A stretch of DNA of 64,000 nt, taken from Bdellovibrionota bacterium. Its GTDB lineage: Bacteria; Bdellovibrionota_C; UBA2361; CALJRW01. This document shows positions 20,104 through 29,708 of the stretch, piece after piece (within the stretch, counting starts at the first letter, position 1; the number at the start of each line of letters is the position of its first letter). Where the stretch lies: NCBI GenBank assembly GCA_041740355.1, contig JBGSMD010000063.1, positions 53,002 through 117,001 on the forward strand, read 5' to 3'. The position numbers and the translations under genes were made by a program. The notes below the pieces were generated by a model, which was not told the DNA's origin, searched no databases, and was given only the letters and a program-made list of their open reading frames with translations.

Positions 20104-20725
20104 TATTTTTGAATATGCTGTTAAAGAACTACATGAGCGTAAATGTAAATTTGCCGTTGCTGGCGGAATAACTTCGTCTGTCTATCGCAGCGAAGTTAGA
20201 TTAACGATGGATGCAGACATACTGATCTATTCTGGAAGCGACTCTCAAAAAATTGCTGAAGAAATTTTAAACAAAATAAATTATTCTGTTTCTTCTGCAA
20301 CGATTGCTAATCTTTCCCCCGCTCCGCGAATGAATAAGAAATCTCTACCAACCCTGATTATTGTTGGCCGACCTAAAGATAAGGGAGATATTGGACTAGA
20401 TTTCATTCTCCCTGATATGCCGTGGTTCCCAAAGGCAATAAGTCGCGCGCAAGATAATTTAATTGATTTTGGGTTTGGAAAAATCCCCTGTTTAACAATT
20501 GAAGATTTTATTATTTCTAAGTTATTTGCTTATCAACTAGCTCCCAAGAGAATCAAAGATCTAGACGATCTAACTTCTGTCTTTCAAAAAAAATCAAAGC
20601 TAGATCTTTCCTATCTTTGCGCTGAGTTAGAAAGATTAAAGATTGGAATACCAAAAGAACTCTATCAAATCGCACCGAAGGCACTACGAGTTCTTAGTAA
20701 AAGAATGAAGATCTCCTCTAAATGA
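20090..20725 (+). CDS. Nucleotidyltransferase-fold protein (pol-beta superfamily; AbiEii/toxin-like)
   Basis: FAVAGGITSSVY...RLTMDADILIY matches the hG[GS]-x(9-13)-Dh[DE]h NTase signature. It is translationally coupled to the wHTH gene. Confidence 0.55.
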   Translation: MNLDDIFEYAVKELHERKCKFAVAGGITSSVYRSEVRLTMDADILIYSGSDSQKIAEEILNKINYSVSSATIANLSPAPRMNKKSLPTLIIVGRPKDKGDIGLDFILPDMPWFPKAISRAQDNLIDFGFGKIPCLTIEDFIISKLFAYQLAPKRIKDLDDLTSVFQKKSKLDLSYLCAELERLKIGIPKELYQIAPKALRVLSKRMKISSK

Positions 20726-20726
20726 A

Positions 20727-20954
20727 CTATCTATCCTTATAGAGTTCCCTCTCCAAGCTCTCCGCCACCTTTAAAATATCAGGCGAATAAGTTTTCGCTT
20801 TAACCGCAGCTTTAATGGCAGCAATCTTAGCTTTTCTTTCAGGAGTTAATTCAGGAGTAAAGCTAACTTCAATTTCTTCAACAAGTTTAGGAATTAAAGA
20901 TCTAGCATTAGACGAAGTGATACTTTGTGGAGATTTTTTTGCGGTGTTTTTCAT
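20727..20954 (-). CDS. flgM: Anti-sigma-28 factor FlgM-like protein (75 aa)
   Basis: The C-terminal ...ERKAKIAAIKAAVKAKTYSPDILKVAESLERELY matches the FlgM C-terminal helix pattern (K.A.LK.AI..G.Y.VD...A..L). The start was trimmed to MKNTAKK at 20954; the 133-aa ORF-track version has an implausible N terminus. Confidence 0.5.
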   Translation of the reverse strand: MKNTAKKSPQSITSSNARSLIPKLVEEIEVSFTPELTPERKAKIAAIKAAVKAKTYSPDILKVAESLERELYKDR

Positions 20955-21232
20955 TTTCTTTTTATAAGGCACAAGTTGACTAAGTTTCTTCAAATAGTTA
21001 GCTATAAATTTACTGACGCAAATAAAAATATTGCCTTCAATAAATGTTATGCTTAGATTTTGCTGACCTGTAACCCTATCTGAACACAAGAATAACACTT
21101 GGGGCCCAAAGCCCCAAGCTATAACCATTTGAAAAAGTGAAAAAAACCTGTAATTTACTATCGGTGCAATAATTAGCTAGCTTGAGTACTTTTTTAGATA
21201 TTTTATATTTCTTTTAACCACCTAATATTACA

Positions 21233-21697
21233 ATGAAAATAAAATTAATCTGTGGTTTTAAGTTAAAACAGGAAGAACTGTTTCAATTAGAACAATCATA
21301 TCTAAAACGTCTTAAAAACGAGTATCGGCTAGAGATTGTCGAGGTCCCTTACACAAAGAATCAGTCTGCTGATGAGATTAAGAGCCGACATCCAGCGGAA
21401 CTACTCGCCAAATCCTCACCATCAGCCTTTAAAGTGCTTTTAGCGGAAGATGGCAAATCAATGACTACCAATCAACTAGCAAGTATAGTTGATGAGAAGA
21501 AGCTAACTGGCCTAAATGAGTTACATTTTTTTATTGGTGGGCCATACGGAATTGCCAAAGATGCTTATCCTTTGTTTAATTTAAAATTAAACATTTCGTT
21601 AATGACATTCACCGCAGAATTTTGTAGGTTGATCATCATTGAACAAATTTATCGCTTGCAATGTATCAGTTTAGGCGTTCCGTATCATAAAGAGTAA
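21233..21697 (+). CDS. rlmH: 23S rRNA (pseudouridine1915-N3)-methyltransferase RlmH (SPOUT)
   Basis: FFIGGPYGI ... LSLMTFT.EF.RLIIIEQIYRL..I..G.PYHKE at the C terminus is the RlmH signature. Confidence 0.85.
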   Translation: MKIKLICGFKLKQEELFQLEQSYLKRLKNEYRLEIVEVPYTKNQSADEIKSRHPAELLAKSSPSAFKVLLAEDGKSMTTNQLASIVDEKKLTGLNELHFFIGGPYGIAKDAYPLFNLKLNISLMTFTAEFCRLIIIEQIYRLQCISLGVPYHKE

Positions 21698-21701
21698 ACA
21701 T

Positions 21702-22163
21702 ATGTCAGCAAAAACAAAGCCTACAAACTTAGTACTAAAGTCGATTACCGGGGATAAAGATCCTGTTCGACTTATTGAAGATTTTATTCAAGACCTGGGC
21801 TTTGATGCCGAAGAATGTTTAAACATTCGTAGCGCTGAGACTTGTCGTTGGGTTGTTCCTCTTAATGATGAAGTTCAATTAGAGCTACTCCTAGAAAACA
21901 TTAAACAAGTCTTTGGAACTATTCTTTACATGGGTGTTAACCTAACAACTGTTCCTTTAAAAGATACTCAAAATTTTTTAATTCATGCTCTGGAAACTGC
22001 TGACTCCTTAATTGGAGTTAAGGTCAGCGTTGTTGGTCATTTCTTGGTATTAAGTAGCACTGCTAATCTACATGATAAAAACATCTCCGATATTAATTAT
22101 CAAATGACAGAATTGTTACAACAAAGCGCTTGGTATCAAGGTGCCCTAACAAATAACGATTAG
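21702..22163 (+). CDS. Hypothetical protein (153 aa; possibly a YbjN/secretion-chaperone-like fold)
   Basis: An ORF with good coding appearance. The family assignment is a guess. Confidence 0.45.
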   Translation: MSAKTKPTNLVLKSITGDKDPVRLIEDFIQDLGFDAEECLNIRSAETCRWVVPLNDEVQLELLLENIKQVFGTILYMGVNLTTVPLKDTQNFLIHALETADSLIGVKVSVVGHFLVLSSTANLHDKNISDINYQMTELLQQSAWYQGALTNND

Positions 22164-22924
22164 TAACACCGCAAAAAAAACTTATTTAATTCTTTAATAT
22201 AAAAATCAGTATTCAGATGATGAATATTATGTCCCGCATCAGACGCAATTATTAGCTTTGAATCAGGAATTATTTTCTTTACCTCTCTCGCAATCCCTAC
22301 GAACTTGGAATCTTTTTCACCATTAACCAGGGCTACTGGGCAAGTAATCTTACTTAAATCTTCCCAGTAACTTGGCATCTTTCCAGGAGAAAGATCTTCT
22401 AGAATTTTGGCTATTTGAATTGGATCATGTTCAAGTTTTTCAGAAACTATATTTTTTTGCATTTCTTCACTTAGGGCAAAAATTGGATTTTGATACCAAC
22501 TCTTAAGGAATTCTTCAAATCCAGAATCTCGAATCTGATCAGCGAGGTGTCGATCTAAGATTAATCTTTCTTCTCTTTCTTTAGAATCAGCTATCCCAGG
22601 ATTCAAGCTTTCTAAAAACAAACCGGAATAAGTCTTAGGAGATTTTAAATACAAACCTAATGCAAGTCTTGCTCCTAGTGAATAACCTACTAGAATTTTT
22701 TGCTTAGAGGGAATTGTTAGAAGTTGATCGTTCAAGGAATTTAAAAAGTCTTGATATTCTATCGCTTCACTAGTTGGAACCTCAGAGAATAGGTCAACTG
22801 AGTAAACAGCATAAGGTACATTAAGATTTTTGATGATATCAGCAAAATCTTCGGTCTTACTTAAGAAACCGGGAATAAAGATTATTCCCGTTGAGTGCTG
22901 ATTGGCGAGATGCTTAATTAGCAT
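22160..22924 (-). CDS. menH: Alpha/beta hydrolase, probable SHCHC synthase MenH
   Basis: The nucleophile elbow GYSLGARLAL is present, with a C-terminal GHNIH. It lies immediately downstream of, and overlaps, menD. Confidence 0.6.
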   Translation of the reverse strand: MLIKHLANQHSTGIIFIPGFLSKTEDFADIIKNLNVPYAVYSVDLFSEVPTSEAIEYQDFLNSLNDQLLTIPSKQKILVGYSLGARLALGLYLKSPKTYSGLFLESLNPGIADSKEREERLILDRHLADQIRDSGFEEFLKSWYQNPIFALSEEMQKNIVSEKLEHDPIQIAKILEDLSPGKMPSYWEDLSKITCPVALVNGEKDSKFVGIAREVKKIIPDSKLIIASDAGHNIHHLNTDFYIKELNKFFLRCY

Positions 22925-24636
22925 TGCTGGAAAAATTCACTAGCTTGTAATCCATTGGTCACAATTTCTGTAAACGTGCTGGAGTTTGTTTGCTTAATTT
23001 TAGATAATCTTGCTTCTAGCTCACTTAAACTCTGAACTCGTGCGAAATCTAATTTAAAAGATTCGGCTATCTTTAGATAATCAAAATTATGAGTGTTAGT
23101 TAGCAAGGAATTAACGACAGGTTCCTTCAGTAAATTAAATACTGCTCCCCCTGAATTATTAACTAAGACTAAATGAAACTTATCCTTAGGTAAGAGAGAA
23201 AGAGCTGTTAAATCATGATTTAAAGCTTGGTCCCCAATAAACAAATAGGTTACTTGATCACTAGCATCTCTGGCTCCCAGAGCGGAGGAAAGAACACCAT
23301 CAATTCCCACACACCCGCGATTAGATCGAACCGTAATGTTTTTATCTTTAAATTCAGCAAAAAATTCTAATTCACGAAAGATTAGACTAGAAGAATGGTA
23401 AACCAAGGAATTAGCAGGAATACTTTTAATGAGATGATAAATTGCAGAAGCTTCTTGATACTCACTTGCAAAATCTAACTTAGATTTCTCTGATTGCTCT
23501 GCTTCTTTTTTGTGCCAATTATCTGAATATTTAGCATCCTCTTTTACTAATAACTTGTATTCTAAAGCCTTAGTATAATCAGCAAGGCTTACAAAAAAGT
23601 GATAATCAAAGTTAATCAATTCATTTTCAACAGCATCTTGTCTTTGATTTGATTCTGAAAATAAATACTTGGGACATTCTTGCTTTGATAAAAACTTCCT
23701 CAAGTTTTCAGAGACTATTCTATCTCCAAAATATAGAATTAAATCCGGATTAAAATCATCAGAAATATCTTTTAAATATAAGTTATAAAGTGATAAAGCT
23801 TGTGATCTGCCGCGTAAGTTAGAATCAATATCAGCAAGGATTGGCGCTTTGATTTTTTGAGCTAATTGATTCAATGTTTGCGCATTTGCCGGCGTTTGCG
23901 GTCCAGCAATAATTAATGTTTTTTTAGATAGGCTTAAATCATTGGCTAGCAGATCGAGCGAACCTAAATCAGGAACTGGCTGATAATTAATAAATGTTCG
24001 AAATGGCCTTTTTCTTGCTGCCCAAGTAGTCAGAATATTTCTTTGTTCAGACGATACTTGATTAAAATCAAAGGAGTCTAAAGTATAAGGTTTACGGTAA
24101 ACAAGATTTAAATGAACAGGCCCAGCTGGTAAAGTCTTGGCTGTCTGAACTAGTTGATCCAAATTAGCTAACAGCGCATCAGCAGAAAACTCATCTGACA
24201 AAGCTGGTAGATTTAAATTTAACTTAGAAAATTCCTGGTAAAAATTTACTTGATTTACAGTTTGATTAGCACGAGAGTTTTGTAATTCCCAAGGCCGGTC
24301 ACAAGTAATAATAATTAAAGGAGCCTGATCATAAAAAGCTTCCATCACTCCCGGTAATAAATTCCCTAGTGCTGTTCCTGAAGTAACTAATAAAACAACA
24401 GGATGCTTAGTTGTCTTGGCAAAAGCCTTTGCCCAAAAAGCTAATTGTCTTTCATCATTAAAAAGTTTGATATTGGTTTTGGGGTGTTGGTGGATGGCAT
24501 TAAGTAGGGGTAACATCCGCGCGCCTGGAGCAACCGCATATTGTGTAACATCTAAGCGGTACAGTTCTTCCACAATTAGCCTACTCGCTAAGTCTTGAAA
24601 CCCTTTTAAATCAGTAAATAATTTTTGTTCTAACAT
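22918..24636 (-). CDS. menD: SEPHCHC synthase (ThDP-dependent) MenD
   Basis: It has a three-domain ThDP enzyme layout: an N-terminal ...YAVAPGARMLPL... region, a C-terminal ThDP motif GDQALNHDLTAL...NNSGG, and a length of 572 aa. Confidence 0.8.
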   Translation of the reverse strand: MLEQKLFTDLKGFQDLASRLIVEELYRLDVTQYAVAPGARMLPLLNAIHQHPKTNIKLFNDERQLAFWAKAFAKTTKHPVVLLVTSGTALGNLLPGVMEAFYDQAPLIIITCDRPWELQNSRANQTVNQVNFYQEFSKLNLNLPALSDEFSADALLANLDQLVQTAKTLPAGPVHLNLVYRKPYTLDSFDFNQVSSEQRNILTTWAARKRPFRTFINYQPVPDLGSLDLLANDLSLSKKTLIIAGPQTPANAQTLNQLAQKIKAPILADIDSNLRGRSQALSLYNLYLKDISDDFNPDLILYFGDRIVSENLRKFLSKQECPKYLFSESNQRQDAVENELINFDYHFFVSLADYTKALEYKLLVKEDAKYSDNWHKKEAEQSEKSKLDFASEYQEASAIYHLIKSIPANSLVYHSSSLIFRELEFFAEFKDKNITVRSNRGCVGIDGVLSSALGARDASDQVTYLFIGDQALNHDLTALSLLPKDKFHLVLVNNSGGAVFNLLKEPVVNSLLTNTHNFDYLKIAESFKLDFARVQSLSELEARLSKIKQTNSSTFTEIVTNGLQASEFFQQC

Positions 24637-26714
24637 TACTCTTTTAATTTGTCTGCAATTTGCACAATTCCATTTAAGCCTGAACGTTTAAAGACTTTCT
24701 CTTTAAGATCATTCTTAGGCTTTTTATTCCTCATGTTAAAGGAAGTAATATAATCCTCATCTATTGGGTCAATCTCAAAATCATATTTTGTTTCACCGAT
24801 TTCATTCCCCGATATTACTTCTACTGGAATATCTTCCACAAATCTACTCGGTGCCCGATAATAGCCGCCGTAACCGAAACTGGACATGGCTGAGGCCATA
24901 CTGCGCTGCTGGGCGTAGGTTAAAAAGAGTTGTTCCCTGGCTCGGGTGATTCCCACGTAACAAAGCCTTCTTTCTTCATCAATAGAATTTTCATCAATGG
25001 AACGACTGTGAGGGACTAGCCCTTCTTCTAGTCCAGTAAAAAATACTACAGGAAATTCTAGTCCCTTAGCCATGTGCAAAGTCATGAGTGATACAAAATT
25101 TGCTTCATTATCCTCCACGTTACCATTACTTTGATCAACTGCTGTCATTAAAGCGACGTGATCCAAAAATTCAGCCAATGAATCTTCTTTAGCAGAAAAT
25201 CCTTCCGCCACGGCAACTAATTCGGCAATATTTTCTTTGCGATCCTGATCTTTATCATCATCAGTTAAATTTAATTCGAGGTACTTAGTTTTCTCAAGGA
25301 TATCACGAACATTTTCTGCGACTGTTATTTGATCTTTGCGATCTTGCCAACTCTTAAGCATAATCACAAAATCAAGTAACTTGCGATTAGTGATATCAGC
25401 TTTCAATAAATACTCCCAAGCCGAAAGTCCTTGGATCTCTGCTTGATCAATAATGTTCTGTAAAGTTTGTGCTCCAATCCCACGTCGTGGAACATTGATA
25501 ATTCGGATTAATGCTTGCGTGTCTGAAGGATTATGGATTAAACGTAAGTAAGCTAAGATGTCTTTTACTTCTTTGCGTTCATAGAACTTAAAGCCACCAA
25601 AGATCTTAAATGGAATCTTCGCTCGAAGAAATGCTTCCTCTAATGCTCGTGACTGCGCGTTGGTACGGTAAAACACAGCATAGTCTTTAAAGCTACGTCC
25701 CTCAGTCATCAAATCTTCAATTTGCCTAACTACAAAATTAGCTTCTTCACTTTCATTATAAAAACTTTTAAATTCGATTAGTGCACCGTCGTTAGAGTCG
25801 GTCCAAAGCTTCTTCGCCTTGCGGTGCATGTTTTTAGAGATAATACCATGTGCCGCATCAAGAATATTCTTAGTAGAGCGATAGTTTTGCTCTAATTTTA
25901 TAGTCACAGTATTTGGATAATCTTTTTCAAAAGATAAAATATTAGTTATATCTGCACCACGAAAAGCATAAATTGACTGGTCGTCATCTCCTACTACCAA
26001 TAAATTATTTTTAGGTTGAGCTAGGTGTTGAATGATATCGTATTGAATTTTATTAGTATCTTGAAACTCATCCACTAAGATAAACTGTAATTGATTCTGA
26101 TAGAGTCGGCGGACATCGGGATGATTATTTAAAAGTTTCAAGCAGTTAAAAATTAAATCCGAAAAATCCATGGCATTATTTTGCATTAATGCTTTCTGGT
26201 AGGCATCGTAAACATCTGCTACATTATTTTTCTTATCTGCGTAATCAGGCTGGAACTCTTCAGGACCAATAAATTTATTCTTTAAGCTATCAATGACATT
26301 TAAGTAATAACTCGGTGTGACTTTATTATTATTTAAGCCCAACTTTTTTAGAATTTGCTTCATCAGGCTTTGGCCATCATTGGTGTCATAGATCACAAAT
26401 CCAGTTTTATAGCCCAATAATGGAGCGTGCCGACGAAGAATTCGCAGAGACATGGAATGAAAAGTTGAAATCCAAAGTTGCTTCGACTGGGGACCCAATA
26501 AATTCTCCAACCTCTCGCGCATTTCATTGGTAGCCTTATTAGTGAAAGTTACGGCCAAGATTCGATCTGGGCTAACACCATGTCGATTTACTAAATTCGC
26601 AACTCGATTAGTTAGGACTCTAGTTTTGCCAGTTCCAGCACCTGCTAGAATTAGGATTGGCCCGAGGTGATGATCTACTGCTTTTTGTTGTTCGGGATTA
26701 AGAGAGGTGGACAA
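24636..26714 (-). CDS. ATP-dependent DNA helicase, UvrD/PcrA/Rep family (SF1)
   Basis: LNPEQQKAV, Walker A AGAGTGKT, DEFQDT, GDDDQSIYAFRGA, QNYRS and VGITRA motifs are present, with a TTG start. Confidence 0.9.
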   Translation of the reverse strand: MSTSLNPEQQKAVDHHLGPILILAGAGTGKTRVLTNRVANLVNRHGVSPDRILAVTFTNKATNEMRERLENLLGPQSKQLWISTFHSMSLRILRRHAPLLGYKTGFVIYDTNDGQSLMKQILKKLGLNNNKVTPSYYLNVIDSLKNKFIGPEEFQPDYADKKNNVADVYDAYQKALMQNNAMDFSDLIFNCLKLLNNHPDVRRLYQNQLQFILVDEFQDTNKIQYDIIQHLAQPKNNLLVVGDDDQSIYAFRGADITNILSFEKDYPNTVTIKLEQNYRSTKNILDAAHGIISKNMHRKAKKLWTDSNDGALIEFKSFYNESEEANFVVRQIEDLMTEGRSFKDYAVFYRTNAQSRALEEAFLRAKIPFKIFGGFKFYERKEVKDILAYLRLIHNPSDTQALIRIINVPRRGIGAQTLQNIIDQAEIQGLSAWEYLLKADITNRKLLDFVIMLKSWQDRKDQITVAENVRDILEKTKYLELNLTDDDKDQDRKENIAELVAVAEGFSAKEDSLAEFLDHVALMTAVDQSNGNVEDNEANFVSLMTLHMAKGLEFPVVFFTGLEEGLVPHSRSIDENSIDEERRLCYVGITRAREQLFLTYAQQRSMASAMSSFGYGGYYRAPSRFVEDIPVEVISGNEIGETKYDFEIDPIDEDYITSFNMRNKKPKNDLKEKVFKRSGLNGIVQIADKLKE

Positions 26715-26847
26715 AATCTTGCTCGTTATTTAAAAATTTCTTTTTAGCCTAATAAGATAACTTAATTTACCCCATCTAGTAAATGTTATCGCAATTTAAG
26801 CCAAAAAGTTCAGTTAAGAGTAAGAGTTTGAAGCTTTTTTAAAAGTA

Positions 26848-27024
26848 CTAAAAGGTTCTCTTTGCAACCTTCTGAAAAGCCAAGGATCTCTTTACACATA
26901 ATGGATCACTGTAATCGGAAAAGTGCTGGCTTTTTAAGTCCTGCACAAAAAGGATTACTAAGTAAACTAAAGTGCCAAGCAGCGCTAAAGTGTCTAGGCT
27001 AAAGATTGTAGTTAAGTATGTCAT
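26848..27024 (-). CDS. Possible small single-TM protein (58 aa)
   Basis: MTYLTTIFSLDTLALLGTLVYLVILFV... has one hydrophobic helix. The longer 79-aa ORF-track version runs into a repeat hairpin. This is a weak call. Confidence 0.2.
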   Translation of the reverse strand: MTYLTTIFSLDTLALLGTLVYLVILFVQDLKSQHFSDYSDPLCVKRSLAFQKVAKRTF

Positions 27025-27050
27025 GTTAAAACCTCGTCTAAAATTATAAA

Positions 27051-27077
27051 CCCTCCGCAGATGAAATTTGCGGAGGG
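27051..27077. repeat. Family-1 hairpin module only (CCCTCCGCA-N9-TGCGGAGGG)
   Basis: The same 9-bp stem and a near-identical loop (GATGAAATT) begin the long copies at 30.7 and 37.9 kb. A second hairpin, ACCTGAG-N7-CTCAGGT, follows. Confidence 0.6.
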
Positions 27078-27308
27078 TGAGTGTCACCTGAGTCTTGTTC
27101 TCAGGTTCTAGGATATTTCTATATCAAAGCTTTATGTCTTTCAAGTATATTTCTATGTTTTAGTTAAATTCTATAAAAATGTTCTAATGCACGATCTCCC
27201 TGAGAACTTAGCAATAGAAATTAGTGAGTATTTTAAGGTAGTTATGAATTCTTGTAATTTAAGCACAATATCATAAGATACAAGCTCTTAACTTAATACT
27301 CAGTTCGC

Positions 27309-28568
27309 ATGAAGAATAACTTATCAATTTGGTTCATTCGCCTCAGGTGGTTTGCCTTCATAGCGCAGATTATTATCCTTGCTTCAACGGTTTTATTTTT
27401 TAAGGTTGAAGTTAACTGGCAAAAGATTGCCCTAATCTTATCCGCACTTCCCCTTTCCAATATCATCACAACCCAATTTCTAGTTAAAAAATTTTCGGCC
27501 CAAGCAATTACTATTTGTTTAATTTTTTTAGATACTATTATTTTATCGGCAATTCTTTATTTGTCTGGCGGACCTGCTAATCCTTTTACGATTGTATTTC
27601 TACTGCACCTAGTTCTAACTGCAGTCTTACTCGATGAGCGTTGGACTTGGGTTATGGCACTCACAACCTGTGCCGCTTATGTCTTTTTATTTTTCTTCTC
27701 TCCAGAGACTGGAAGCGATCATCAACATCATCATGGATCTTCAAACTCTTTTTCCTTACATTTATATGGAATGCTATTTGCTTTTATTACCGTAGCAGTT
27801 CTTGTTGCTTATTTTCTAAATAAGATTATTACCGAACTTCGGTTAAAAGAATTGCGACTTCAAAAACTGGAACAGTTAGCTGTAAATAGCCAACGTTTAG
27901 CATCATTAGTAACTATAACAGCAGGAACCGCTCACGAACTAGGAACTCCATTAAGTACTATTGCCGTAGTCTGTAAGGAGTTAGAACTAGAGCTCAAAAA
28001 TCTAAATCCCTCGCCAGAAATTTTAGAAGATCTGCATTTAATTCAGCAAGAAGTGGGTCGTTGCAAAGATTACCTGTCAAATTTATCAGAGAAAACTGGC
28101 GATCTTACGGGAGAAACTCATCAAAGTATTTCGGCAAGAGATTTAATAAGTCAGATTATTGCTCCACTTTATAACAAAAACCATCGATTTGAAATTGAAG
28201 GTTCAGCAGATCATATTTTAAATTTAATCCCTGTGAAATCCCTAACAATTGCTATTAGAGCTCTAGTTAAAAATTCTCTAGATGCTTCAAGTGGGAGTAT
28301 TAAGAATGTTACCATTCGCCATCAAATAATTAATAATTATAATCAAATCGAAATCATAGACTTTGGCTTGGGGATGGATCCGGAAACATTAGAAATGATT
28401 GGGGAACCATTTTTCTCTCAAAAAGATAGCAAAGATGGTTTGGGTTTAGGAGTTTATTTATCAAAACTTGTTGCCAACCAAATTGGTGGAGAGCTAACTT
28501 TCACTTCTACAATATCCCAAGGCACTTGTGCTAAATTTCGATTTCCAGTAATTCCCTGTAAAGCATGA
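27309..28568 (+). CDS. Sensor histidine kinase, RegB/PrrB-like (polytopic N-terminal domain)
   Basis: About six TM helices are followed by the H-box TAGTAHELGTPLS and N/G boxes (…DFGLGM…, GLGLGVYLS). It overlaps the response regulator gene by 4 nt. Confidence 0.8.
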   Translation: MKNNLSIWFIRLRWFAFIAQIIILASTVLFFKVEVNWQKIALILSALPLSNIITTQFLVKKFSAQAITICLIFLDTIILSAILYLSGGPANPFTIVFLLHLVLTAVLLDERWTWVMALTTCAAYVFLFFFSPETGSDHQHHHGSSNSFSLHLYGMLFAFITVAVLVAYFLNKIITELRLKELRLQKLEQLAVNSQRLASLVTITAGTAHELGTPLSTIAVVCKELELELKNLNPSPEILEDLHLIQQEVGRCKDYLSNLSEKTGDLTGETHQSISARDLISQIIAPLYNKNHRFEIEGSADHILNLIPVKSLTIAIRALVKNSLDASSGSIKNVTIRHQIINNYNQIEIIDFGLGMDPETLEMIGEPFFSQKDSKDGLGLGVYLSKLVANQIGGELTFTSTISQGTCAKFRFPVIPCKA

Positions 28569-29104
28569 CCGCCAAGAACCTACGAAATACAATCTTAACT
28601 ATTGATGATGATGGAATTTTTCGTGATCGATTAACCAAAGCTTTTGCTAAAAGAGGGTTAATCGCTGAGCAGGCAGAAAATAGTACGGAAGCATTAAAGA
28701 AAATTAAAGAATTAAATCCAGACTTAATTGTTCTCGATCTGAAGCTTGGTAATGAATCAGGGTTAGATTTAATTACTGAAATCCTAGTTCTCTGCCCCAA
28801 AACTAAAATTGTGATGCTTACTGGATATGGCACAATCGGCACGACGGTTGAGGCAATGAAAAAAGGTGTGGTAAATTATTTAACAAAACCAGTTGATGCT
28901 GATACAATCTTAGCTGCTTTTCTAGGAGAGATAAAAGTTAATTCTACAACAGGAATTCCCCCACTCCACCAAATAGAATGGGACTATATTCAAAAAATCA
29001 TTGAGCAGTGCGAAGGTAATATTACGAAAGCATCTAAGTTATTGGGATTACACAGGCGCTCATTGCAAAGAAAAATGAAAAAAAGTCCTGGCTCCCTAAA
29101 ATAA
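28565..29104 (+). CDS. Response regulator, RegA/ActR/PrrA-like (receiver plus Fis-type HTH)
   Basis: The receiver domain has IDDD...LDLKL...TGYG...KP. The C-terminal HTH NITKASKLLGLHRRSLQRKMKK is typical of this family. Confidence 0.85.
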   Translation: MTAKNLRNTILTIDDDGIFRDRLTKAFAKRGLIAEQAENSTEALKKIKELNPDLIVLDLKLGNESGLDLITEILVLCPKTKIVMLTGYGTIGTTVEAMKKGVVNYLTKPVDADTILAAFLGEIKVNSTTGIPPLHQIEWDYIQKIIEQCEGNITKASKLLGLHRRSLQRKMKKSPGSLK

Positions 29105-29260
29105 CTTATTGTTAGTAGTTGAATTAAGCTGCGACAATCTGTCGCGTTGACTTTAAAGTTCCCCTTAGGCATATCTACGACTCAGAATACATACAACCAA
29201 TGTCCTCTAGAGGGATTATCCATTGGTTTAACTAATACAAACTTTTTAAGTATTTAAATA

Positions 29261-29701
29261 ATGAAAAATAAATTATTCCCTGTTATGTCGGCAGCACTTC
29301 TTAGCTTACTTTTTCTTTCCGCCTGCGGAGGAAGTAGCTCCAATGATAAAAGTGTCATAATCGAAGGGGATCTAAATCAAGGGGCAAGCTCTGACCATAA
29401 GTTATTCAAACATTCCGAAGGTGAGCACATTGGAGAAGTTGAAATCTGTGCCTTAGGTGAATGTTCGACCACTAATACTGAAGGAGAATGGGGTTTTGCG
29501 ACTTCGGAGGATCTAAACGGCAATGAAGTTTCTTTTAAATTTACGGGTCATGGCATTGATACGACAACAATCGTAAAAATTCCAGATGCTGAAGAAAATG
29601 TATTAATCAAATTTGTGCATAGTGCCAATGTTGTGACTATTGCTGAAATGTTAGTTGATGGACAGGAAGATCATTCTAATCATGACCACGCTCACGAATA
29701 G
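29261..29701 (+). CDS. Lipoprotein with His-rich C terminus (possible metal binding)
   Basis: Lipobox LSAC|GG is present, and the protein ends with EDHSNHDHAHE. Confidence 0.5.
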   Translation: MKNKLFPVMSAALLSLLFLSACGGSSSNDKSVIIEGDLNQGASSDHKLFKHSEGEHIGEVEICALGECSTTNTEGEWGFATSEDLNGNEVSFKFTGHGIDTTTIVKIPDAEENVLIKFVHSANVVTIAEMLVDGQEDHSNHDHAHE

Positions 29702-29708
29702 TTCTACA

